Origin: Mobula hypostoma
Taxonomy: Eukaryota
Assembly (NCBI RefSeq): GCF_963921235.1
Contig: NC_086121.1
Location: forward strand, 21,824,001 to 21,888,000
DNA: 64,000 nucleotides
Direction: 5' to 3'
The notes under the pieces are model-generated. The model was not told the DNA's origin, ran no database searches, and worked only from the letters and a program-made list of their open reading frames with translations. The translations under genes and the position numbers were made by a program. The first letter of the stretch is position 1, and each line of letters begins with the position of its first letter. Shown here piece after piece: positions 48,170 to 59,624 of this stretch.

Positions 48170-49882
48170 TTGGATGTCCAATCCTTATATACTTCCATTC
48201 CCCATCAAGAAGGCCTCAAAGCCCTCCGCCACTTTCTGGACAATAGACCTCACCAGTTCCCCACCACCACGACCCTCCTCTGGTTGGCAGAACTGGTACT
48301 CACACTTAATAACTTCTCTTTTAGCTCTTCCCACTTTCTTCAGACCAAGGGTGTAGCCATGGGCACTCGCATGGGCCCCAGCTATGCCTGCCTCTTCGTT
48401 GGTTATGTGGAACAGTCTATGCTCCAAACCTATACTGGTACTGCTCCCCAACTTTTCCTTCGCTACATTGACGACTACATTGGTGCTGCTTCCTGCACCC
48501 ATGCTGAGCTTGTCAATTTCATCAACTTTGCTTCTAACTTTCACCCAGCCCTCAAATTCACTTGGTCCATCTCGGACACTTCTCTCCCCTTTCTCGATCT
48601 CTTGGTCTCCATCTCTGGAGACAGACTGTCCACTGACATCTTCTATAAGCCCACTGACTCTCAAAACTACCTCGACTATATCTCTTCCCACCCTGCCACA
48701 TGCAAAGATGCTATTCCCTATTCCCAGTTCCTCCGTCTCCGCCACATCTGCTCCCAGGATGAGGCTTTCCATTCCAGGACATCTCAAATGTCCTCTTTCT
48801 TTAAGGGTCATGGTTTCCCTTCTATCGTCATCAATGACGCCCTCACCCGCATCTCCTCCATTTCCCACACTTCGGCCCTCACCCCATCCCCCCGCCACCA
48901 CAACAGGGACAGAGTTCCCCTTGTTCTCTCCTACCACCCCACCAGCCTCCGGATTCAGCACGTTATCCTCCACAACTTCTGCCACCTTCAACAGGACCCC
49001 ACCACTAAGCACATCTTTCCCTCTCCACCCCTCTCCGCTTTCCGCAGGGATCAGTCCCTCCGCAACTCACTGGTCCACACATCCCTCCCCACGGATCTCC
49101 CACCCGGCACTTATCCCTGTAAGCGTAAGTGCTACACCTGTCCCTACACCTCCTCTCTTGCCACCATTCAGGACCCCAAACAGTCCTTCCAGGTGAGGCA
49201 ACACTTCACATGTGAGTCTGTTGGGGTCATCTGTTGTATCCGGTGCTTCCGGTGTGGCCTCCTCTACATCGGTGAAACCTGACGCAGATTGGGGGACTGC
49301 TTCGTCGAGCACCTCTGCTCCGTCCGCCACAACAGACAGGATCTTCCGGTCGCCACCCACTTCAACTCTGCTTCACATTCCCATTCGGATATGTCCATAC
49401 ATGGCCTCCTCTACTTCCATGATGAGGCCAAACTCAGGTTGGAGGAGCAACACCTCATATACCGTCTGGGTAGTCTCCAGCCCCTTAGCATAAACATTGA
49501 ATTCTCCAACTTCCAGTAATTCCCTCCCCCTCCCTTCCCCTATCCCTATTTCACTCTGCCCCCTCCTCCAGCTGCCTATCACCTTCCTCATGGTTCCGCC
49601 TCCTTCTACTACCCATTGTGTTTTCCCCTATTCCTCCTTCACCTTTCCTGCCTATCACCTCCCTGCTTCCCTTCCCCCACCCCTTTATCTTTCCCCTTAC
49701 TGGTTTTTCACCTGGAACCTACCAGCCTTCTCCTTCCCACCCTCCCCCCACCTTCTTTATAGGGCCTCTGCCCCTTCCCCCTACAGTCCTGACGAAGGAT
49801 CTCGGCCTGAAACGTTGACTGTTTGTTTCCACGGATGCTGCCCGACCTGCTGAGTTCTTCCAGCGTGTTGTGTGTGTTGCTT
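48170..49882 (+). mobile_element. Penelope-like element (Neptune-like; RT + Cys linker + GIY-YIG), 5'-truncated
   Basis: LDVQSLYTSIPH, QTKGVAMGTRMGPSYA, RYIDD, LPFLD, CKRKCYTC linker, and GVICCIRC..GLLYIGET*RRLGDCFVEH. One stop at 49280; the frame ends at 49519. A pyrimidine-rich tail and a hammerhead follow. Confidence 0.93.
49783..49822 (+). ncRNA. Minimal type I hammerhead ribozyme motif (PLE-associated), core intact
   Basis: ACAGTC-CTGACGA-AGG(ATCTCGG)CCT-GAAAC-GTT-GACTGT: 6-bp stem I, CUGAnGA and GAAA core, NUH triplet GUU, palindromic AACGTT at stem III. Confidence 0.8.
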
Positions 49883-50324
49883 TAAGAACAGTGATGTACC
49901 CAGAAACTTTAAAGCTTGACTTGGTTTTTTGTAGCACTCTTTGGTTCCCTTTCAGGACACCCCAAAATACCTTGCAATGAAAATTTTTTTAATGCAGTCG
50001 CTTGCAAAACAATATGTGGGCACCTAGCTCCCTCAAACAGTGATGTGTTAATGAACAGATAATGTGTTTTACTGGTGGTAACTGAGAGATAAATATTTGT
50101 TTCTTTGTAAACTGGAATTGGTCTGTGGAACATTCCATGATGCAGACAGAGGCTGGGAAATTCCAAAGCAGAGACTGAGAATGAGAATGGAGCGAAATGT
50201 ATGTTGATGTTTTTAAAAGTGTGGAGCAATACTTCATACGCCACATGCAATGGATTTGATTGGCTTAGATACTACCACTTTATTTTCAGTTTGACAATTT
50301 TATTTGATAGAACATTAGATTTAT

Positions 50325-50617
50325 ATGCCACGAGGGGGCATTGTTTTAAGGTGCTTGGAAGTAGGTACAAGGGGGAATGTCAGACGTAGGTTTTCCACAC
50401 ACAGAGTGGTGGGTGTGTGGAATGCACTGTCAGCGAAGGTGGTAGAGGTGGATACAATAGGGTCTTTTAAGGGGCTCTTAGATTGGTACCTTGAGCTTAG
50501 AAAAATAGAGGGCTATGCGGTAAGGAAATTCTAGGCAGTTTCTAGAGTAGGTTACATGGTCAGTACAACATCGTGGGCTGAAGGGCCTGTAATGTGCTGT
50601 AGATTTCTATGTCTATG
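50325..50617 (+). mobile_element. CR1 3' fragment
   Basis: TRGHCFKVLGSRY, RVVGVWNAL, TTCTATGT tail. Confidence 0.85.
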
Positions 50618-51631
50618 TAGATTATTTATTTAAAATTGCTTCACATTTTAAGTTTGTAAGCACAAATTTTTTGAGAAGGTGAAATCTGCAGATGATGGAA
50701 ATCTGAATGTACTGTGCATTTGGTGTACATACTGTGCTCTCTTCTACACTGGAGAAACCAAATGAAGATGGAAAGATGAGCAGAACACCTCTATCCAGGA
50801 TGCCACCAACTCTGTGATTTCAGCCACTCTCCGTCACCCTCTATTGCTTCAATTCCAATGTCATCACTTTCCTCCACTGCTCTGATGATGTTTAACGTAA
50901 GCTCCACGAACGAGACTCCCTTTTATTTGGACACATTGATGCTGTTGGGCCTGAACATTGAATTTAACAATTTCAATTTACCAACCATTCCCTTTATCTG
51001 CTCCATAGATGTGGCTATACGTTTATTTCAATTTGGTGATCTCTTTATAATCCAACTTCATGTTTTTCCTTTTAATTGTCAGTTTGACAAATTAGGTTTG
51101 CACCTCATCACAGACTCACCCTCTTCTCTTGACACTCACTCACTCTGCATCTTAATGCAGACTTGTTTTCTCTCCTTCGTTCCAGTCGTTTTTCACCCAA
51201 AATGTTGACTCTGTTTCTCTCTCCACAGATGTTTTCAACATTTTTTTTGGTTTTTATCTAAGATCTACTGTTGCTGTAAAGTATTCCCACTCAGACTAGC
51301 CGATTGTTTAGCTGCATGATAGCAAGATTTAGCTTGGAGATCAAGGTACATTCATATATTCATACTTGGGAATCAAACATGAAGATAATCCAAGATATGT
51401 GAACCAATTTAATGTATTATGAAGTATAAAATGGCCTTTTTAAAAAAGCAAGTTTTCTGATTAAAAACTTCCTTCTTTGAGCCCCATCCTGGTCCCTGAA
51501 TGTTGAGTAATTAGTGTTGTTGAGTTAGAGTTTGACCCTCTTAGCATTTATCTTGAGAAGTAGGAGCTCTTTAATAAACAAGTGTTAAGACTCTCTACTG
51601 TCAGTACAGGTTTAGCAACTTCCCTGCTATA

Positions 51632-52610
51632 AGGAACTCAGCAGGCCAGGCAGCCTCTATGGAAAAGAGTAGTCGACGTTTCACGCCAAGACCCTTCTTC
51701 AGGACTGGAAAAAAAGATGAGGAGTCAGAGTGAGAGGCTGGGCGGAAGGGAGGAAGAAACACAAGGTGATAGGTGAAACCAGAAATGGGGGAAAGGGGTG
51801 AAGTAAAGAGCTGGGAAGTTGATTGGTGAAAGAGATACAGGGCTATAGAAGGGGAAATGCAATGGGAGAGGGCAGAAGACCATGGAAGAAAGAAAAGGGG
51901 GAGAAACACCAGAGGAGGCGATAGGCAGTAAGGAGATAAGGTGAGAGAAGGAAATGGGAATAGGGAATGGTGAAGGGGTTGACCATTACTGGGAGTTCGA
52001 GAAATCAATGTTCATGCCATCAGGTTGGAGGCTACCCAGATGGAATATAAAGTATTGCTGCTCTAACCTGAGTGTGGCCTCACTGCGACAGTAGAGGAAG
52101 CCGTGGTCTGACATAGGGGAATGGGAAGTGGAATTAAAATGGGTTGCCACTTGAAGATCCCACTTTTTCTGTTGGACAGAGTGTAGGTGCTCGGTGACGT
52201 AGTCTCCCAATCTGCATCAGGTCTCTCCAATATAAGGGAGGCCACACCGGGAGCACTGGATACAGTAGGTGACCCCAGTAGACTCACAGGTGAAGTGTCG
52301 CCTCATTTCGAAGGACTATTTGGGGCCCTGAATAGTGGTGAGGGAGGAGGTGTAGAGGCAGGTGTAGCACTTGTTCCGCTTGCAAGGATCATTTCGGGAG
52401 GGAGATCATTGGGGAGGCATAAATGCACAAGGGAGTCGTGTAGGGAGCGATCCCTGTGGAAAGAAGAAAGTGAGGTGGAGGGAAAGATGTGCTTGGCGGT
52501 GGGACCCTGTTGGAGATGGTGGAAGTTACAGGGAATATGTACTGAACACGGAGACTGGTGGGGTGGTAGGTGAGGACCAGAGGAAACTTATCCCTGGTGG
52601 GGTGGTGATA
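51632..52610 (-). mobile_element. Penelope-like element 3' part, left arm of an inverted pair
   Basis: RDKFPLVLTYHPTSL, ATLRLEQQYFIFHLGSLQPDGMNIDFSN, terminal repeat with hammerhead. Confidence 0.9.
51671..51707 (-). ncRNA. Hammerhead ribozyme motif, core intact, weakened stem II
   Basis: Minus strand CAGTC-CTGAAGA-AGGGTCTTGGCGT-GAAAC-GTC-GACT. Confidence 0.6.
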
Positions 52611-53515
52611 GGATCCCACCCCCCACTTTCTGCAGGGATGGCTCCCTACACGACTGTCTTGTCCATTTGTACCTCCCCACCGATCTCCCCCCGGCACTTA
52701 TTTTTGCAAACAGAAGAAGTGCTACACCTCCTCCCTCACTACCGTTCAGGCCCCGAAACAGTCCTTCCAGGTGTGGCGACACTTCACCTGTGAGTCTACT
52801 GGGGTCATTGACTGTATCCGGCGCTCCCAGTGTGGCCTCCTGTATATCGGGGAGATCCGACAGATTGGGAGACCGCTTTGTTGAGCACCTACGCTCTGTC
52901 CACCTGAAAAAGCGTGATCTCCTTCCTAGTAGCCACCCATTGAAATTCCACTTCCCATTTCCATTCCGACATGCCAATCCATGGTCTCCTGTACTGTCAC
53001 GATGAGGCCACACTCAGGTTGGAGGAGCAACACTTTATGTTCCTTCTGGGCAGCCACCAACCTGATGGCATGAACATCGATTTCTCAAACTTCCAGTACT
53101 GCTCCCCCACTTTCTCCTTCACCATTCCCCATTCCCATTTCCCTCTCTTACCTCATCTCCTTCCCTGCCCATCACCTCCCTCTGGTGCTCCTCCCCCTTT
53201 TCTTTCTTCCATGGCCTTCTGTCCTCTCCTATCAGATTCCCTTTCCTCCAGCTCTATCTCTCCTTCACCAATCAACTGACCAGCTCTTTACTCCTCCCCA
53301 CTTCCCCATTTCATCTATCACCTTGTGTTTCTTCCTGCCCTCCCTCTACTTTCTTACTGACTCCTCATCTTTTTCTCCAGTCCTGATGAAGGGTCTCAGC
53401 ACAAAACTTCAACTGTTTACTCTTTCAATAGATGCTGCCTGGCCTGCTGTGTTGCTCCAGCATTTTGTGTGTGTTGCTTGGATTTCCAGCATTTGCAGAC
53501 TTTCTCTTGTTTGTG
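52611..53515 (+). mobile_element. Penelope-like element 3' part, right arm of an inverted pair
   Basis: RLGDRFVEHLRSV, EATLRLEEQHFMFLLGSHQPDGMNIDFSNF, terminal repeat. Confidence 0.9.
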
Positions 53516-56500
53516 ATTCCCTCCTATAAGGTCAGTTTCTTCAATTTTTTGCTGCAGGACTGTCATTCAGCATAACAGTCATCCAGTTAGAAATGTTTTC
53601 CAGGGATGGGCGAATCCAGATAAATCTAACCCCAAAGCCTGAGGTCCTATCTCCACATTCAAGGCTGGCTTTGATAAGTCTCTCAGAAGCATGGTAATAG
53701 TGGGTGAGATATCTGCTCTTGCACAGTCAGTAATCAAGGTGGGTCTCCCAAGCTTATTACTAAGATAGAGTCATGTACAAAATGCTCTTTGCTTTTTGAT
53801 CGCCTCAAGTGAGAATCATCTCAATGAACGAACTTGGCACAATCTTTCCTTCTCCATAAAACAGTTTGCTACCTTCTGAAAATTAGCATGTTGAATGATG
53901 TGGGCTTGACATCTTTAATAAAACTAATCTGAAGTGACCATCCCATTTTTTTGCAACTCCAAGCCAATCTTTTGCATAATGTGGTTTGGAAGACCTATTG
54001 CTTGGCTGACGTGAACTGTAGTCTGTTTGTTTTAATTTGAGTTAAAGGATACATTCCCTGGCATGGTGTTGACATTGCTCAACATTAGCAGTCACATTCA
54101 TGAGACGGGAGATCAGGGGTTCAAACATCACGCAAGGTCATCCTGGCTGATACTTCGGGTAGAAGCTGGGCTGCATCATCTGGGGTGCTGCTTCAGGGAA
54201 GGAAATGAGGAGTGGGATGCATCGCTCTTCTCGGGCGGAGGCACAATAGGTTGAATGGCTACTTTCTGTCCTGTATCATACTTCTTGCAGTGAAATTGTT
54301 GCTCTCTTCAGGTAAGACACTGGATGTGCCACATTAATTGGGGGAGGGAAAAGTAGTCATGTGTGAATGTTGTACTGAAGCAATATGACTTCCTAAGATC
54401 TCACCAGATGCCTATTTTGTCAGTGAATATTCTAACCCAAGTGCTCTAGTAAGCAACTTAATAAAATAATACAGATGCTTAATCAAAGTAGTAAAAGTCT
54501 TATACATCTCTCTGCATTGATAATTTTGGTGTGAGGTAGCTCATTTCACTCACAGTATACCACAATCCTGTGCTTGCTCCTTCATGTCTAGTCAGTTAAT
54601 ACTTCGTTTTTGGTGCATGAGAGTTCAGTGGGAACTGTTTCAGATGTTTCCATCTTGGGTGTAAAAGATAAAATTGAGGTTAGCCCATCGATGTCCGTGC
54701 TATTGAGGTCCTGAGGCTTCAGTTCTTTGCATAAAGCCCTTTTCAATTTTTAAGATGTTTCTTGCAAGCTACTTTATTGATCTGAATACCTCAAGTGGCT
54801 TGGTTGCTCATTTTTGTGTGACAGTACTTTCACGTTGCATCCTGGGACGATTCCTAGAAAGATACAGCTCAGAAGTAGGCCTTTTGGTCCATTCAGTCTG
54901 TCGATCATAAACCACCCATTAACACTAATCCTACATTAAGCCCTTTAAAAACTTTTCCCTCACACTGTCAGTAACTCGCTCTATACTATACTACTCACTT
55001 ATACTTAGGCTCAATATACAGCACACTGGCCAATTTACCTACTGACCCCTGTGACTTTGGAACCTGGAGGAAACTCGTGGTCACAGGGAAAACATAAAAT
55101 GAAAGGAAAATTGTAGTTCACCGATCTACCTGAAATGGCACTATATCCTGTGTACAAAGGTCACCTTACTCCATCCACATCATTATCCTCAAGTAGCTCC
55201 ATTATCAACTACATTAGACTTCTCTTGGAGCATTGTCAATCAGTTCCAGGTCCCATTTCCGTTATAGAGTGAAACTGCGGGAACATATTTTATAGAAAAC
55301 CTTGTGTTGCGTAAACTTGCCTTCATTTGTAGTCTGAATGTAAGTCCACATTCTAGTTATGAGAAATACTTTCAAATCCAGTCACTTTTACCTATTTTTA
55401 TTTTACCAGATAATTTCCATTAAATGGTTATCAGTAAAACCCATAGATTACTGTTCTTTGGCAATTGTGGGCCATTATCATCATTATATGCCATGTCATA
55501 TGATGCAGATGATCATGAATGGTCTTGGCAAATTTTTCTACAGAAAGTGATTTGCCATTGCCTTCTTCTGGACAGAGTCTTTACAAGACAGGTGACCCCC
55601 CAATCATTATCAATATTCTTCAGAGATTGTCTGCCTGGCGTCAGTGGTTCCATAACCAGGACAGGTGATATGACCATGCACCACCTGCTCCCATGGCTTC
55701 ACATAACCAGGATTAAGGTCTAACCTTGCCCAAAGGTGGCCTGCAGGCTAGCGGAGGGGAGGGAAGGAGTGCCTTACATCTCCTTTGATGGAGATGTATC
55801 TCCACCCCACCAATTATGGGTACAAAATAAATATCCACCACCAGTTGAAGGAATAGAAATAACTGCTTCCATTCCAGTGGGTGAATGAGAGAGTATTTTT
55901 AAACAACTCTTTCTGAAAATTTCCTTTACTCATTGCATAGATACACCTACAATAACGAAGCCTAATTTCTTTGTAAGAAATAGAGCTGTGAAAATTCCCC
56001 ACTGAAAGCTACCGAACTAATAATTTACATTTTGTGAGGCTGATATTTTCTTATATATTGATATTATTTTTGAGCATTTGCATAAACTTCCCCTGTTTTT
56101 GGATGTGGGTAGCACAGTCAAATTGTTAAATTATTGTGCACTTTCTCCTCAAAGCTCAACTCCTACAGTAGTATTTTCAGTATTATAATATATTTTCCAG
56201 TAACTCAATAAGGTTTCAAGAAAAGATGCTGAGTGTTAAACTATTTAGGCTAATATTGTCATTCCTGTCTCCATATTGCTTATGATTCAACGAATAGTAA
56301 CTATACACCACAGCCTGGTACTGATTCCTGGCATTTGCTGAAGTGGCTCTGTAGTCTGAGTTATCGGAACCTGTGATTAGTTTAGTAAAATTGGAATCAG
56401 GTTTAATATCACAGGCATATGATGTGACGTTTGTCAACTTTACGGCAGCAGTACAATGTAATACATGATAAATAAATACAGAGAAATGGGTGCAAACTGA

Positions 56501-56829
56501 AGCCAGAGTTGGTTATGAATGATGCGTAGGAAGCTAATGGTGGGAGGAGGCACGGAGTGTATGGTTAATTTCCTGTTTGAGTCACTCAAAGGCTCCTTTT
56601 ATTCTATCTGAAAATAATCGTGTCCCAGTCTGGTCTCTCTATTTAGATGAGGCCACAAAAGGAATTTTACAAAGCATCACCAGTTTGATCACTGGGATAG
56701 ACATATTGTCGAATGAGGAGTGATTGAGCAGTCTGGGCCTGAAATCTTCAGAACTGAGCAATTAGAGATTATCTCATTGAAATGTACAAATATTTACAAT
56801 ACAGGAATGAACAATCATGGTGCTAATTT

Positions 56830-57688
56830 AAACGAATCCCATTTGTTACATGTGATCCAGTCTCTAATTCCTGCCTGCTCATGCATCTAATTAAATGCCT
56901 CTTAAATGTTGCTATCGTATCTCCTCCTACCATCTCCCCGGCAGTGCATTTCAGCCACTGACTGCTCTGTGTAAAAGAAAAACTCACTACCTTTAAACTT
57001 CTCCCCCTCTCATTTTAAAGCCATGGCCTGTAGTATTTGTTCTTTAACATTTCCACTCTTAGAAGAAAAAGGCTGTCACTATCCACCTTGTCTGTCTTCT
57101 TCCCAGGCCCTTGGCTCCCAGTGGAGCACAGGCTGTCGATGGACTGGTTGGAGTTCATCAATGTTTCTGTAATCCATTACCTTATTATCCACTGCACAGG
57201 GAATTGGCCTATACAGCTTCACCAGAGCCCTGTTAGCCGGCCTTTGGGAGGCATCTACCTTGTCTATGCGGCTCAAAATTTTATATGCTTCTATCATGTC
57301 ATTCCTCAGCTTTCCGACACTCCAGTGAAAACAACCTAAGTTAGTATAAACTCTTGCTTATAGCTGATACAGTCCAATCCTGGCAATGTTGATTAACCTC
57401 CTTTGTGCCGCCTTTAAAGCCTCCACTTCCTTTCCATGGCATGGTGACCAGAAATACACATAATTTTCCAAATGTGGCATAAACTTATACAGCTGTAATA
57501 CTTTTATACCCCTTGCCCACACCAATGGAAGCAAGTAATCTATATGCTTCTTTACTACCTTTTCCACTACTGTTGCCACTTTCAGGGAGTTATGGACACG
57601 CATAGCTCCTTGAAAGATCCCTCTGTGCATCTAACCTAAGGGTCCTGCCATTCACTGTATATTTTACTCTTGCATTTTACATCCCAAC
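56830..57688 (-). mobile_element. Older CR1 3' fragment
   Basis: PHLENYVYFWSP, IEAYKILSRIDKVD. Confidence 0.75.
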
Positions 57689-59135
57689 TGAGGTTCTAGA
57701 GGACTGGAGGGTTGCAGATGTTGTTCCCTTATTGAAGAAAGGGAGTAGAGATAGCCCAGGAAATTATAGACCAGTGAGTCTTACTTCAGTTGTTGGTAAG
57801 TTGATGGAGAAGATCCTGAGAGGCAGGATTTATGAACATTTGGAGAGGTATAATATGATTAGGAATAGTCAGCATGGCTTTGTCAAAGGCAAGTCATGCT
57901 TTACGAGCCTGATTGGATTTTTTGAGGATGTGACTAAACACATTGAAGGTAGAGCAGTAGATGTAGTGTATATGGATTTCAGGAAGGCATTTGCTAATAT
58001 ACCACCTACAAGGCTTATTGAGAAAGTAAGGAGGCATGGGATCCAAGGGGACATTGCTTTGTGGATCCAGAACTGATTTGCCCACAGAAGGCAAAGAGTG
58101 GTTGTAGATGGGTTATATTCTGCATGGAGGTCAGTGACCAGTGGTGTGCTTCAGGGATCTATTCCAGCACCCCTTCTCCTCGTGATTTTTATAAATGACT
58201 TGGATGAGGAAGTGGAGGGATGGGTTAGTAAATTTGCTGATGACACAAAGGTTGGGGGTGTTGTGAATAGTGTGGAGGGCTGTCAGAGGTTACAGCAGCA
58301 CATTGATAGGATGCAAAACTGGGCTGAGAAATTGCAGATGGAGTTCAACCCAGATAAGTGTGAGGTAGTTCATTTTGGTAGGTCAAATATGGCAGAATAT
58401 AATATTAATATAGACGTGTATATTGGCAGTGTGGAGGATCAGAGGGACCTCGGGGTCCGAGTCCATTGGACACTCAAAACTGCTGCGCAGGTTGGCTCTG
58501 TGGTTAAGAGGGCATACGGTGCATTGGCCTTCATCAACCATGGGATTGAGTTTAAGAGCCGAGAGGTAATGTTGCAGCTATATAGGACCCTGATCAGATA
58601 CCACTTGGAGTACTGTGCTCAGTTCTGGTTGCCTCACTACAGGAAGCATGTGGAAACCATGGAAAGGGTGCAGAGAAGATTTACAAGGATGTTGCCTGGA
58701 TTGGGGAGCATGCCTTATGAGAATAGGTGGAGTGAACTTGGCCTTTTCTCCTTGGAGTGGTGGAGGATGAGGGGTGACCTGATAGACGTGTATAAGATGA
58801 TGAGAGGCATTGATATTGTGGATAGTCAGAGGCTTTTTCCCAGGGCTGAAATGGCTAGCACAAGAGCACCCAGTTTTAAGGTGCTTGGAAGTAGGTACAG
58901 AGGAGATGTCATGGGTAAGTTTTTTTATGCAGAGTGGACAGTGTGTGGAATGGGCTGCTGACAATGGTGGTGGAGGCAGATACGATAGGGTCTTTTAAGA
59001 GACTCCTGGATAGGTACATGGAGCTTAGAAAAATAGAGGGCTATGGGTAACCCTAGGTAATTTCTAAGGTAGGGACATGTTTGGCACAGCTTTGTGGGCC
59101 GAGGAGTCTGTATTGTGCTGCAAGTTTTCTATGTT
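57689..59135 (+). mobile_element. CR1 LINE RT + 3' end, relatively young
   Basis: NYRPVSLTSVVGK, SQHGF, VTSGVLQGS, SKFADDTK, 287-codon open frame, TTCTATG tail. Confidence 0.95.
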
Positions 59136-59372
59136 TTATCCTGGTACATCCTCGAGGTTTTCCTTTTTGCACTCAACAACCAGAAGGTGGCAGAAGGAAA
59201 TGTACTGTTTTTCCATCATGGTCACATAGTGCCAACATTGAAAGCTTTCAGACTGGTCAAGATGTGGAACTCTCCCTTCATTTTGATCAGTAACACACTT
59301 CCAGCCAGAAACTTTGCTGTTGACTGACAATTATACTCACCCCATCCATATATGTTTGTAAATATATCAAGA

Positions 59373-59624
59373 TGTAGTCGCGCGCAAACGCACTACTAAA
59401 GAAACACACGGAGGCAGAGAGAGCTGAACTCAGAATGTCTTTACTGATTCAAAATCGTGCGCTTTAATCTCCCCTCCCATGGGCCCCTGCGACCCGCAGG
59501 GCAGACGTGACGTCAGACTGTCCCCAGAAGCTCCGCCCCGAGCAGGTAGTTCCAAACGCGCTACCGCGTGTCTACCCGCGGCTCCCCGATGGCGGTTCGA
59601 GTCCGGCGTGTGCGGGCCGCCACA
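59373..59624 (-). repeat. 3' LTR of Gypsy element
   Basis: 252 bp; about 24 substitutions and 1 indel versus 63332-63582 (counted by eye). Confidence 0.93.

Noticed and set aside
48185-49196. Overlapping 270-275 aa ORFs in alternative frames
   Set aside because: By-products of the C-rich PLE coding strand.
49280-49282. In-frame TGA in the PLE ORF as possible selenocysteine recoding
   Set aside because: The position is Arg (CGA in the copy at ~52858), not Cys, so CpG decay explains it.
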